The translations under genes and the position numbers were made by a program. 64,000 nt of DNA from Ascidiella aspersa (Eukaryota), in NCBI GenBank assembly GCA_963924565.1, contig OZ004609.1, forward strand, positions 32,674,001-32,738,000, in the 5' to 3' direction. The notes beneath the pieces are model-generated. The model did no database searches. It was given only the letters and a program-made list of their open reading frames with translations, and was not told the DNA's origin. Below are positions 11,801 through 24,539 of the stretch, piece by piece (position 1 is the first letter of the stretch; every line of letters starts with the position of its first letter).

Positions 11801-14800
11801 AGTTATGATTTCCGTATTAACTTTCTTCCTAAACCGGTACGATTTACTCTTTAAAAAAAAACTAATATACACTTTAACATCCGATCGATAAAATGTCATA
11901 ATCGGTAGTTTATTGCTAATAACAGCGCTTATAGGGAAAGCTTATAGGACAGTCTGACGTCACGAAAATATTGACCACGTAATATTGCGACAGAGTTGGC
12001 CAAACATGGAATGAACTAAAAATAATGGTTGTCAAACTGCGGTCAGTTGGCCCCTAGTGACCCGAGTTAAAGTTTCAAATGACCTACGCAATATTTGTTT
12101 AATATCTTTTCTGAAAAACTATATAAGCTACATCACGTTATTCTTATTAAGTTTAAAATATAGAATAATCATACTTATAAGCTTGTGTGAGTTTGCTAAT
12201 TCCAATATTAGCGCAGATATTGTACCCAATTTTAAATTTTAATAAAAATTGATGGGAATAGATGCAAAAGGGTTCCGCTAGGTTAAAAAGTTAGACAACT
12301 ATTGTGATACAATAGCATGGAATGACTGTTTCTACGCAAACCCAATTGACAGACTTTAACTCTAACCTCCCTTATTTTATCTTATCTATCGTGCCCGGTA
12401 TAAGATTGACACAACTGAAACGACAAGACGCGAAACTGGTTTTCTGCTGTGTGTCTAATGCCGCGTTACCTATTGACTGTTGACATTTAGGTGTCGATGG
12501 CCTCCTTGCAGTTTTGCCCGGCGGGTGCTTTTCTTTAGTCTTGAGCCTTTACAGCAGCACACAGACAATATAGCATAAAAACACGCCAGGATTTGGTTAA
12601 AAGCATCGCTTTCAGTGTTCCTGTACAGCGCACAATTCATTCAGGATGTATTTCACCTTTAGCATACAAAACGTACCTCAGCTGTTTACTTACTAGCTCA
12701 CGTTTTCGTGATGTCTGTCTCGTTTTAAGCGCTCTCTTTACGACCAACTTCAACAAGGCTATTATATCGCATTCTAGTTTGCAGATTTCGGCGCAGCTAT
12801 TCACAGAAAAGGGGGAAACTAGTACTCAGCTGACAACCAGCTACAATGATGCACGTCATGGCAAAATGCTTTGCTGCTCAAGCTATTCTCGAAACTGCAA
12901 CGTCAAAAACTTGAATGAATTTGCTGTTAAACGTAGGGGGACAACAGACCCCACACAAGATAACATCAAATCGGATTATTAAACTCAGCTCGGTGGGCCA
13001 TTTATTGTACAGTAATGTAAGTATCCCACCATTACGTTTACCTACTTTCACGCGTCACTTTGTCTGACGTAACAATGCGCTGCCAATGACTAAACAAAGT
13101 TGCCGGGTAACGCTCCAGTGACTTGCAGTTTTTCTGTCGCCGGCCAGAAAATTCTCGTCGACAGGTTTTAATTGTATGGCTTTCAGACGTGACTGGAGAC
13201 TACCTGCTTGCTTCATAAAAGTATTAAGTTTCACAGGCTTTAGAAGCGCGCTTTACGCTGTAACAAAAAGCACGTGCCAGTATTTGGGGGAACTGAGTTA
13301 ACATTACCTTTCGCAATATCGATCAGAAGGTGGTACACATTTCAATAGCGCTTAAGCGAAACATAGAGACTATACTCACAGTGGATTTGTAAGCGTTCCG
13401 AATTGAATAGAGACAGGGCTTGGTTATTTCCTGAATTTTCACACGACCTATTCTTTTCCGTCAGCAATTTGTTGTCAAACGGTTTCCTTAGCACGCTTTT
13501 TTCTTAGCTATTCAGTCGTAGTCAAAACATTACTTCAAACCTCGTTTAGTTTGATTCAACCGCTATTCTGTTTGCGTTGTTACAGTAAAAACACGCTTTG
13601 CGAACGTGCCTATACCAAACTAAGCCATGATTACAGCATACAACGTGCCATTAAGCGTAATTGAAAAGCGCTATAGACAGATTCAGCATCATCGGTAATT
13701 ACCCTGATAAAATGCGTTGGTTATAATATGACGTTAAAGCAATACACGACTATTTAAACAGTTTTAGCTAAATTTGCCTGCATAATAAAACAGTTAGCTT
13801 TATTACAGTTCTAAAATTCTGTTACCTTTGGGAAATCGATCATAGTTTAAATTTCAAGAACTCAATAAGCCGAATAACTAATTTGAAGAAAAATTAAATA
13901 CAATTAGATGCGACATTTTGGTGCTTTAACTAGTAGGCGTTCTCATGGTTTTTCAGGTTTGCCTAAAAAACTGTTAGTTCTACTCTTGACGTAAGAACGT
14001 CAGCATAACCTCTTGGACGCCACATTTTGAATGACGCTGTAAAAAAACAACTAAATAACAGCATAGTGCTTCCACATAAAACCTACGGGTTAGGTCGACT
14101 AGCTTTACGCATATTACATTTCGTCCACTTGCTTTGCACAACTAGACAAGACCTGAGCAGAAACAAAATACTTAAGGCAAAATTATTTCGCGCTGGTGTG
14201 ACGCTCTTTGTTTACAGCAGACAGCAAAGCTTGTAAATCCATATATGCAACAGCCCGTACCGTCGTTGGGTCGTCTTGTCTTAATTCGCAACTGTGTACG
14301 AGCTGCGACTCAACTGCTTTGTGGCGTTTAAAACCAAAGACATAATTCGTTGACTGTTCCCTCAGGCTATACATCTTGGCGTGGACAGTCTTGGGCTATG
14401 TTCACACCGCTCGAGCGGCCGACTTGTTAAAAGCCTTGGCATGCTTGCACCAATATGAGTGACTTTGAAGACGCTTAGTGCATACCGCCCGTCGCGTTAT
14501 AAACATGAACCAGCTTAATCGATGCTTATGTAGCCAAGGATAATTAACTAATCTAATTGCTTTGCGCACAAAGGGCAAAACAAGGCTTTTTTTGCATAGC
14601 AGCCCCAGGATATGCAACTTACTATTCTATTCCGATAGCGATATCGTTGATTTTGTTTTGGGCAAAACGTACCCCGGTGTTGTCCGATATCAAATGCCGT
14701 TACTACTATCGTCACGTAAGAAAAAAGTCAGTGGCGTCATTTGGCGTGAAGCATTGTCGTCCTAGTGAATTTACTATGAAAAATAGCCGTTGTGGTATAT

Positions 14801-16466
14801 AAATGGTACAATTTTTGCGTATTCGTGAGTTTTTTATGTTCCCAGTTACTTAAAAACACAACACAACAATGAAGAGTTCGTTATAAGCTACAAACGGGCT
14901 CCATAATTAAAAAACATTTCTTTTGCACATGCTGTTTTTCCTAACAATTGCCTGACTGTTCAACTGCTAGACGTTTTTGCCATTTTTCTCCAAAGTTAAA
15001 AATTTTCACACACTGACGTTTAATAGCAGAATCATGACTTTTTTATTTTTGGATTGACCGATGTTTTTCTTACCTAGTTTTGTAAACGAGAATTCACCAG
15101 ACGTTTTATCAAAGTGGGCTGAATCTCTTGTCTGTCGGCCACTGAAGTACTGTGTCGCCGCTCGGTCGCTGACATGCGATTTTAAAGAGACAGACAGAGC
15201 AACGTCGCTCATACTGCTCCCTATTAAGCGAGACGACTAAAATAGAAAGAAACTCATGTGCTCCCCAGACAGAAAAACATTTTCTCTCTTTCTATGAGAG
15301 AAAGTCGCGCATCTCAAGCGACCACCGTCAGCAGTTTTTATTTTTAAAGGGCTTTTTCTCATGTATGACGCAGTTTGGTGCCGGTTTTATTTGCTTGAAA
15401 TAATATTTGCCATTACACCATTCCAGAAACAGCACACAACATTGCACTTTGACAGCATGCTAAATTGCACCATTTTTTTAAACCATTGACAGCAAAATGC
15501 GGCTTCAGCCAACTTTTATACCACTCCAGTTGATTAGATGCCGCTTTCACACCGGCCGTATACTTATAAGGTGATAGTCTTATTGTTTATAGCACACAAC
15601 ATAAACATTGCTTTTTGTATACATACGACATTGCTTTTTGTATACATTCGCTGTTGCGGTGTATAAAAAAATCCGTAAAAAGAGTAATTTAATCTCACAA
15701 AACTAAGAATTGAATTTGATTTTTTACAGTCACGAATGTTATTGTTACAAGTAAGTACCGTAATTAACCTGGGCAACGCCGTGTTTATCTTCTAGTTACT
15801 GACAGAATGATAAGCGCGGCCAACTAATCAACAATCATCATGTTTTACACAATACTAAAAACGATAAACAAAATGGGATTATGTTATATGACGGCAAACA
15901 GGAATGTTACATCTTTTACGCCTAACAAAACATTCCTTGACAAAATGATCTATTTTGCCCAAGGGCCGTAAAAAATTATTTTGATTCTAGGTTCTGGCCC
16001 TCGGGCGTATGGTATGACCTGATGTAAACAGATTTTTGTGGTTACGCTCAAAGGTTCCAAAAAGTATAAGGCCAACGCCAATCCAACATTTAATTTAACA
16101 CAAAACTGCTGAGATGTGGCATTATAATGCACCATGGCATTTTTTAGGGCTACAATCGCATTGCTCAATGTAAAAACTGCTTTGAAATGTCATTCACGAT
16201 TGTATTGGGTCAATCCTATTTGGTAACAAAGAGCAGCCATACAAACTAGGCAGTCGTATCGCTTGCCTGCCAGTACACTACGCCCAATGGAATAAATAAA
16301 CAACTGTATGGCGCAAGTCCGTTAAGTTGTGACGCAAACAAAATGATCTATTTTAATTGTGACCGCTCTGCTACCTTTCCTTAATTGGTTGGCCAACTAT
16401 ATAAACACATTTAGCTATGTTTAAACAAATCGTTAAAAATACTCATCTCATTAAATGTATTTAAAT

Positions 16467-16835
16467 CAGGGAGTCGAACCGGAACCAAACCGGAACTTTA
16501 TGAACCGGTTTTGGGTCAATTTTTTGCCGAACCGTAACCGAATCTGAACGTTTTTTTGTGAGATTTTTAGGAACCGAACCGGAACTGAACCGAATAATTT
16601 GAAATACCATGAACCTTAACCGAACCCTAACCTGTAAACAAAAGCGGTTTACTCAAACATGACGTCACAACTTGTATTTTACAGAGTCAAGTTACGTCAT
16701 GTTCGAAATTTTATGATATAAATATGAATATTGTTTAAATAAAACGTTGATCTTTTATTTTTTTAGATATTTGAATAATGAGTAGCTGTTTTTTTTCAAT
16801 ACGCCACGTAACTTAGATTAAATGACTTACGACTT
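16467..16835. mobile_element. Truncated (left-half) copy of the GAACCG MITE
   Basis: Starts CAGGGAGTCGAACC and aligns with 33079-~33435; the right TIR is absent. Confidence 0.85.
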
Positions 16836-18755
16836 AAATTTTCACATACCGACGTTTACTAGCAGAATCATTACTTGATTGATTTTCGATTTCACAAATG
16901 TTTTCGTTTCCCAGTTTTGTAGACGAGGATTCTTTGGGCCTTTTATTAAAGTGGGCCGATTCTCTTGTAATAAATTGGAAGGTTAGTCGGTCGGTCGGCC
17001 AAACAAGTATATCGCCTCTCGGTCGCTGACATGCGATTTTAAAGAAACAGACAGAGCACCGTCGCTCATACTGCTCCCTCTTAAGCGAGACGGCTAATAT
17101 AGAAAGAAACTCATGTGCTCCCTAAACAGAAAAACATTTCGTCAGCAGTTTTTATTTCCACGGGTAAGCATTAAAAAAGAAGCCATTTAAACCAGGCAGC
17201 CGTATCGCATACCTGCCAGTACCACGCCCAAGGGAATAAATAAACAACTGTATGGCGCAAGTCCGTTAAGTTGTGACGCAAAAAATGTTGCGTTGCAACT
17301 TAAAAATAAAATCGCAATAACAAAACGATCTATTTTTATTGTGACCGCTCTGTTACATTTCCTTAATTAGTTGAAAAATGTATTGAAATCAAGGTTTCGA
17401 TTGAATATTTGTGCATTACATTAAACGATAACCTCAAGTTACTTTTTTTAGACGTCCGGTTATGACGTCAGTTTGTGACTTCCCCTCTTAAAATATCCAT
17501 GCGTTCGGTAAGAAAATGAATCATCGTTAGGAAGTGTGGAAATAAATGTACTTTCACCGCTGCCCCAGCCTAATATAACAACTAGCAGTTCAAGTTTGAT
17601 TCAACCTTTACATAAACTTTATTATTCGTTCTATTTCGTTCTATTTCGGTTATCTATATAGCTCAAGGCAAGCTTTCTGCTGCCTTTACTTTCAATTGCG
17701 TTTTCGACTAATGAGCCAACCGAGACGGATTAACATAAGGTCAAACGAGGACAAACCCTTCATCGTCATCAGATTAAAACAAAGTGCTGCGTCAAGATTG
17801 GCCTTGACAGCAAACAACGCGGGCCTGTAATATCAATAATGCAAGACCATTGTGGAAAATTTAACCTTTGTGCAGCACAACCTGCACACGACAGTAGCAC
17901 GTGCACTCAATTATTTACTTTCTGATCATATCGAAGAGCTACACCGGCAATCGGCTTTTAAAAATAGTTTCTTAATATTGATATTTAGCAAACCTAACTT
18001 GTACCCCATATTTTCTTCGACAATTGAAGGTTGTGCATTTGCATATATTGGGGCCAGAACGAAACCCAAATTGGCAGTTTCGATCGTGACCTGTCGAAAT
18101 TTAACGAGTCTGGTCAATCCCTGAAATTTACATCACGCTAAGCATAGGCCTAAAGTTTTGCCAGTAAAACAATATAGATGCCAATTTCGGACAGGCATAG
18201 TTTATACTCAGTCATGTCAGCGTGGGCCACTGAAAAAAAGAGAGCCGTTCTACTGAGTGTGAACTTGGAACATGGCGGCCCGTTTCTGTAATAACATAAG
18301 CGTTTTCCTAAAATAACATTTGTTTGCTGTAATAACATAAGCGATAAGCCTCAATCAGCAACAGAATTTAGCCAGTGCTCATAAAAACGTTAAAAAAATG
18401 GCGGTGTAAAAGTACGTTTCTCAGAGTGAACCAACGAATTTGACTGAACTGGCAGCAACAAAGCAAAATTTTACCCGCTTCGTTTTATCGATTGCTAAGG
18501 CAAACTAAAATACAGCGATACAAGGAACGCACAACTACGTAGGTGCTAGGGCAAGTTAAATACATAATATAAATGCCAGTTTAAAACTGCGAGGCAATTC
18601 ACGGCGGGCTTAATTTAGGATGGTTTAACTTGCTCTTCAAATAAATTAAAGTGCTAGACAAAGATAAAAGGCTTAATTTAAGCGCAGTTGTTTTTCTTCA
18701 AGGGCGTGTCGTGAAATCAATAGATGTCAACAGCCTTATGGGGTGTGTTAGACTC

Positions 18756-19180
18756 TGTCACAAATTTAATTATTGTAACCCTTTGAAGCATAACTAATGT
18801 GTTAGGCCGCGGGAACTGCCGTCCGGGTCGGCTACCCGGCGCCACGGTTTCCCCTCAGGGATAGAACTTTGTGTGAATTTTGTAGCCTCGCTTTTCTCGG
18901 CGCTGCGTGATATCTTTGTGCCGATTTCGTTTGCTATTGCGTGGTGTCGTTTTGATATCATTCGTCGGGTGGATACCGAGAGAATCGGACGCATTTGAGC
19001 ACGGTTTGCAATCTCGTTGGTTAGAGACAAGCTGTAGCCTTATGCGAGCACTTGGTGTGCATGGTTAGTTGCCGTATACTGATTGTCGTTCTGTCCAATA
19101 AACGTCTTGCTCGAGAAAGTAAAGTCATTCCTATCCTTAGCAGCTACTTTGGGGATTGTGTCCCGATCTAGTCTGCGACA
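18756..19180 (+). repeat. 5' LTR
   Basis: TGTCACA...TGCGACA, with AATAAA at ~19097. Identical to the 3' LTR except G18967 vs A23737. Confidence 0.97.
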
Positions 19181-19182
19181 AT

Positions 19183-19199
19183 TGGGGGCTCGTCCGGGA
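19183..19199 (+). promoter_or_regulatory. Primer-binding site complementary to the tRNA-Pro 3' end
   Basis: TGGGGGCTCGTCCGGGA begins 2 nt after the 5' LTR and matches the well-known PBS-Pro sequence. Confidence 0.9.
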
Positions 19200-19245
19200 A
19201 TCTAAACAAGGTTTGACTTAGAGACCTCTTCAAGACGTGGTAGAA

Positions 19246-22200
19246 ATGGACCAGATAATCGAGGCAGGAAAGAGCATGGGACTCACAGGTGATGACTCGT
19301 GCAGCATCAGCAGGCCGCAGAACGCGAAGAACGTCGCTTGGATCGCGAAGCGAAAACAGCCGCCGAAGAAAGGCGGCTCGAAGAAGCTGAGAAAGTCAGA
19401 GAACATGAAATGGAAATGAAACGCCTGGATGCAGAGATGTCCAGGTCGCGCATATCGCAAGGCGCAAGCGGCGCTGTTCCTTTTACAAAAGCACCAAAAC
19501 TGCCAACGTTCGTCGATGGAAAAGACGAAATGGATGCCTACCTTTTGCGTTTCGAAAGGGTCGCCACAAACAACAAATGGGATCAATCAGTGTGGGCGAT
19601 GTCGCTTAGCACCCTTCTCACTGGCAAGGCACTTGACGTTTATTCTGCACTCTCTAATGAAGACGCCGTGGATTACGAGCAGTTAAAGCTTGCGCTATTT
19701 AAAAGGTACGAGTTGACAGAAGAGGGTTATCGTTACAAACTTCGTCATGCGAAACCCGAAAAAGACGAGAGTGCCCAGCAATTTATGGTACGCCTCAACA
19801 ACTACCTCACGAAATGGACTAAGTTATCTAAGTGGAACTGCGAAAACGTGTTGCATGAGCTTACACTGAAAGAACAGTTCTTACAATCCTGCCCAAAGGA
19901 ACTTGCAACTCACCTTAAGGAGCAGTCTCCAGATTCAAACGACGCCATGACGACAATGGCGGAGCAGTTCTTGTCAGCACATGGGTGTGGAATGGCCGAT
20001 ACAATGGGTACATCAAGAAACCCAATAAGGGCAGACCCAAAAGAGAGACAGCGCCCACGGCCGGAACAACGGTTCCCTATGAGATGCTTTATATGTGACA
20101 AGACAGGGCACATTGCTAAAGATTGTAGGTCCCGTTCTGTTCCTGCGAGACCACTTCGGATGACGAGTGCGGCATTGCAGACCGAAGGAGAGGTGGAGCC
20201 GGAAGGTGGTTACGGTTTACCACTCGTAAGGGGATTCGTGGGAGATCATCCTATCACTGCGATGGGCGACACAGGGTGCACTGGGATCTTAGTTGATAGA
20301 AAGTTTGTCCGTGACGAAGAAATTACCGGCCGTCAGGGTCAGGTGAGGATGGCAAACGGGCGCTTGGTCGAGACGGAGGTGGCCCAAATCTACATCGACA
20401 CGCCATACTTCTCTGGAAAGACCGAAGCATTCTGTCTCCCGAATGCATCACACGACTTGTTTATAGGCAACGTGCCTGGCATAAAGGGATCAACTAATCC
20501 GGAAAAATTATTCGCTGAAGTCAACGCTATGACCAGGTCACAGGCACAGCCTGAGAAGAGAAAACCTCTAGCCGTGCCGGACGCCGACAGGTGGCCTATC
20601 TCAGATAAACCTGGGTTTCGACAGGCTCAGCTCGATGACACATCAATAAAAGAACTCTGGCAAGCCACAAAGAAAATCGCAAGGGGTCTGCAAGTTACAA
20701 AGTACAAGACTATCGATGGGCTGCTGTACCGAATGTACCTACACCCCAAAGTTAACAACGGGAAGTGGCTGAAGCAGCTGGTCGTCCCAAATCGATTGCG
20801 GCAAAAGGTCATGGAAGTCACCCATGATTCGATGATGGGGGGACATATGGGAATAAAGAAGACATTGAACAAAATTCTAGGAAGCTTTCACTGGCCAGGA
20901 ATTCAAGGCGAGGTTAAACGGTTCTGTCGATCTTGTGACGTGTGTCAGAGGACAGTTAACAAAGGAAGCGTTATCAGGGTGCCTTTGCAGAAACCACCGG
21001 TAATCGACGTTCCCTTCAAGAGGGTTGCGGTGGACCTTATTGGACCTATACATCCGCCGAGTGAAGACGGTCATCGCTATATTTTAACGCTCGTGGATTA
21101 CGCCACACGGTATCCCGAAGCAACGGCATTAAAGACGATAACAACAGAGGCGGTCGCTGAAGCGCTGGTGGACATGTACAGTCGGCTTGGTATACCAGAC
21201 GAAATCCTAAGTGATCTTGGAACTCAGTTCGTTTCTGATTGTATGAAAGAAGTGGAGAGGCTGCTCATGATAAAGCATCTATCTACAACTCCCTACCACC
21301 CGATGTGCAACGGATTGGTGGAGAAGTTCAACGGGATGCTAAAGAAAATGCTGAAGAGGCTGTGTTGCGACCAGCCCAAACAATGGAACAGGTATATAAG
21401 TGCGCTGTTGTTTGCCTACAGAGAAGTGCCGCAGGATTCTACTGGATTTTCGCCGTTTGAACTGATGTTTGGACGTACAGTTCGCGGCCCGATGACCATC
21501 CTGAGCGAGATGTGGACAAATGCGGAGACGGAAGCATCAGTGAAGACCAGCTACCAATACGTGATTGACTTGAAGAAGCGGATGGAAACTACCATAGCAT
21601 TGGCAAAAGAGGAGCTTACAAGGTGTCAAGGCAGATACAAGAAGTACTTCGACAAGAAAGCTAAATCGCGACAGTTCGAAAGGGACGACCAAGTCCTTAT
21701 TTTGCTTCCAACCGACCATAATAAGCTACTCCTACAATGGAAAGGGCCCTTCCGTGTCAATGACAAGATTGGAATTAACGACTATGTTTTGGATGTTAAT
21801 GGGAAGTATCGAACTTTTCATGCCAACATGTTAAAAAAGTACGTGATGAGAGAAACAGACCCACTGGTCGCTGAAGCATCGGCGGGGTTTGTCGCGTCAA
21901 ATCCCCGCGAAACATCGCAGGAGGTCGCCTTCGGCGACAAACTGTCGGCGGGGGAAAAGCAGGAAATTTCGGCACTCGTCGACAGGTTCTCTGATATTTT
22001 CAGCGATGCGCCGGGAGATGTTGATTTTATCAAGCACCGCATTGAGCTGACTGACAACGAACCCATTCGTTCAAAGCCCTACACCGTTCCGTTTAGTATG
22101 AGAGAGCATTTACAAAAGGACATTTATGACATGGTACGGCTCGGGGTCATCCGGAGGTCGCGATCTGCATACGCTTCTCCGGTGGTGATAGTTAAAAAAA

Positions 22201-23315
22201 AGGATGGCTCAAACAGGATTTGCATCGACTATCGCAAGTTGAACAAAGTCTCAATTTTCGACCCTGAACCGATGCCTACAGCCGATGAGGTTTTCCAGAA
22301 GTTGTCGAGGAGCAGCTACTTTACGAAAGTGGATCTTACAAAGGGGTACTGGCAAATACCTGTCGCCGAAGAAGACGTCCACAAAACCGCTTTTGTCACC
22401 AACGGAGGGACTTACGAGTTTCTTAAAATGCCATTTGGCATGGTAAACTCCGGGGCTACATTCATGCGCGCCATGCGAACGCTTCTTAAAGGACTTTAAC
22501 ATGTAGAAAGCTATGTGGACGACATATTGGTCCACACTGATTCGTGGAGCGATCACCTGGACGCTTTAGAGCAGCTGTTCACTCGTCTGCGCGAGGCAAG
22601 TGTAACTATTAAACCGTCGAAATGCGTCGTTGGTACGTCCAGCATCAATTTTCTGGGCCATAACATCAAAAATGGTATCATCGGTTTAAATGATGACAAC
22701 GTAGCAAAGATACGTGACGCTGGTCGCCCACAGACCAAACAGGAAGTACGATCCTTCCTTGGCCTTACTGGATACTACCGCGACTTTATTCCAAACTACG
22801 CGGCCATCGCCGCACCTTTGACGGATCTTACCAGGAAAGGCCAACCGATGAAGGTCGTTTGGGGCGCGGCACAAGAAGAAGCTTACAACGAGCTGCGCTC
22901 TGGCTTGGTGAACAAGCCCATCTTGCACCTACCTGACGTGAATCGGCCGTTCGTCCTACGAACGGATGCGTCGAATAAGGGGATCGGTTGTGTGCTGCTA
23001 CAAGCACACAATGGCGAGCTCTTTCCAGTGAGCTACGCCAGTAAAAAATTAAATAATGCCGAAAGGTCGTACTCCACTATTGAAAAGGAGTGCTTGGCAA
23101 TTGTGTGGGCAATTAAACGGTATAAAGTATATCTTTACGGGGCCGAATTTGTCCTGCAAACAGACCATAAGCCACTAATTTACCTATCGTCGGCACAATT
23201 TGCTAATGACCGTGTAATGCGCTGGGCAATGGTCTTGCAGAGTTATCGCATTAAATATGAAAGTATAAAGGGAACCGATAACGTTGGGGCCGATTATATG
23301 AGTAGGTTGGATTGA
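19246..23315 (+). pseudogene. gag-pol polyprotein (capsid with SCAN-like C-terminus, CCHC knuckle, protease, integrase, RT, RNase H), interrupted by a frameshift (~19297) and an in-frame TAA (22497-22499)
   Basis: ATG 19246 (MDQIIEAGKSMGLTG) is out of frame with the 1066-aa ORF. Motifs in order: CFICDKTGHIAKDC, DTG, H..H..CxxC zinc finger, DDE core (VDL, SDLGTQF, NGLVEKFN), GPF, RICIDYRKLN, MPFG, then TAA-HVESYVDD in the same frame, then RNase H (TDAS, EKECLAI, TDH). Confidence 0.9.
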
Positions 23316-23525
23316 ATTCGTGTTGTACTTGTGTCATGTATGTACATTCCTTTTATTTCGTTCAGTTATTTTTCTTTCTTTCGGAATTTGTGCTGTAAAT
23401 TTATTGTGTACCATCGTGAAGTTATCTTGGGCAAAAGTGTGTATTGTACTTTATTTTTACTTCGCTTTAAATTTGTGTTTTGCTAAATTAGCCAATCGCA
23501 AGGATTGTCTTTAAGAGGGGGTAAA

Positions 23526-23950
23526 TGTCACAAATTTAATTATTGTAACCCTTTGAAGCATAACTAATGTGTTAGGCCGCGGGAACTGCCGTCCGGGTCG
23601 GCTACCCGGCGCCACGGTTTCCCCTCAGGGATAGAACTTTGTGTGAATTTTGTAGCCTCGCTTTTCTCGGCGCTGCGTGATATCTTTGTGCCGATTTCGT
23701 TTGCTATTGCGTGGTGTCGTTTTGATATCATTCGTCAGGTGGATACCGAGAGAATCGGACGCATTTGAGCACGGTTTGCAATCTCGTTGGTTAGAGACAA
23801 GCTGTAGCCTTATGCGAGCACTTGGTGTGCATGGTTAGTTGCCGTATACTGATTGTCGTTCTGTCCAATAAACGTCTTGCTCGAGAAAGTAAAGTCATTC
23901 CTATCCTTAGCAGCTACTTTGGGGATTGTGTCCCGATCTAGTCTGCGACA
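23526..23950 (+). repeat. 3' LTR, preceded by polypurine tract AAGAGGGGG (~23513-23521)
   Basis: Direct repeat of 18756-19180, followed by the GACTC TSD. Confidence 0.97.
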
Positions 23951-24539
23951 GACTCATTGGCCTTGGCAGCGAACAACGCCTATGTGGTGCCATCTGTAAC
24001 TGGTAACTGTATTGCCTTGGGATTTCGCAATAAAGAAGATATTTATAAGGCTTTCTTAGATTCGAGAATAGGCGACTGGAAACACATCTGAGCGAAATAT
24101 GTTCTTTTACTTCCAGTGTATTTGTTGGCATTACTAATAAAAGGCCGCGTTGTGAATTTCAGCTTATTTAAAACCGCGGGGCACTCGATCGCCAACATGC
24201 GGACAAAAAACATTTGAAAAAAATCCACAAGTTGTCTCCCAGATTGACTTTGAAATGACCTTTCGCCGAAACGTCTAGAGTGCAGGCTTACCCCCAAAAT
24301 ACTACCAATATGTCATTTTACGTAAAACATCGCCAGCAAAAGCAGGACATTTCTGTCGTAAGCAAAAAACTCTGGTACTCTCACACAATAAAATACGGTA
24401 AGTGGTATCAGCATTTTGATCAAAAAATCTTTCAACCGCCCTCAAATATATGACGTTATTAGACAACGGAAACCGGTTAATTAGTAATAATCGTAGCCTT
24501 ACGAAAATAAACCAACGTTTCAATTTAATTTAAATGCGT

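Larger units (their letters stand above)
18756..23950 (+). mobile_element. Full-length Ty3/gypsy LTR retrotransposon, Gmr1-like (PR-IN-RT-RH order)
   Basis: 425-bp LTRs at 18756-19180 and 23526-23950 (TG...CA), one mismatch. 5-bp TSD GACTC at 18751-55 and 23951-55. tRNA-Pro-type PBS and a PPT are present, with internal gag-pol. Confidence 0.97.

Noticed and set aside
9200-18700. Short ORFs (60-130 aa) and scattered MRE-like TGCRCNC motifs (~14563, 17883, 17902) in the long intergenic region
   Set aside because: The ORFs mostly have non-ATG starts and no recognisable domains or exon chains. A few 7-mers in 10 kb are expected by chance.
18756-23950. Ty1/copia assignment based on IN preceding RT
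   Set aside because: The RT (RICIDYRKLN, MPFG, YVDD), RNase H and GPF-containing integrase are gypsy-type. The order is explained by the Gmr1 clade.
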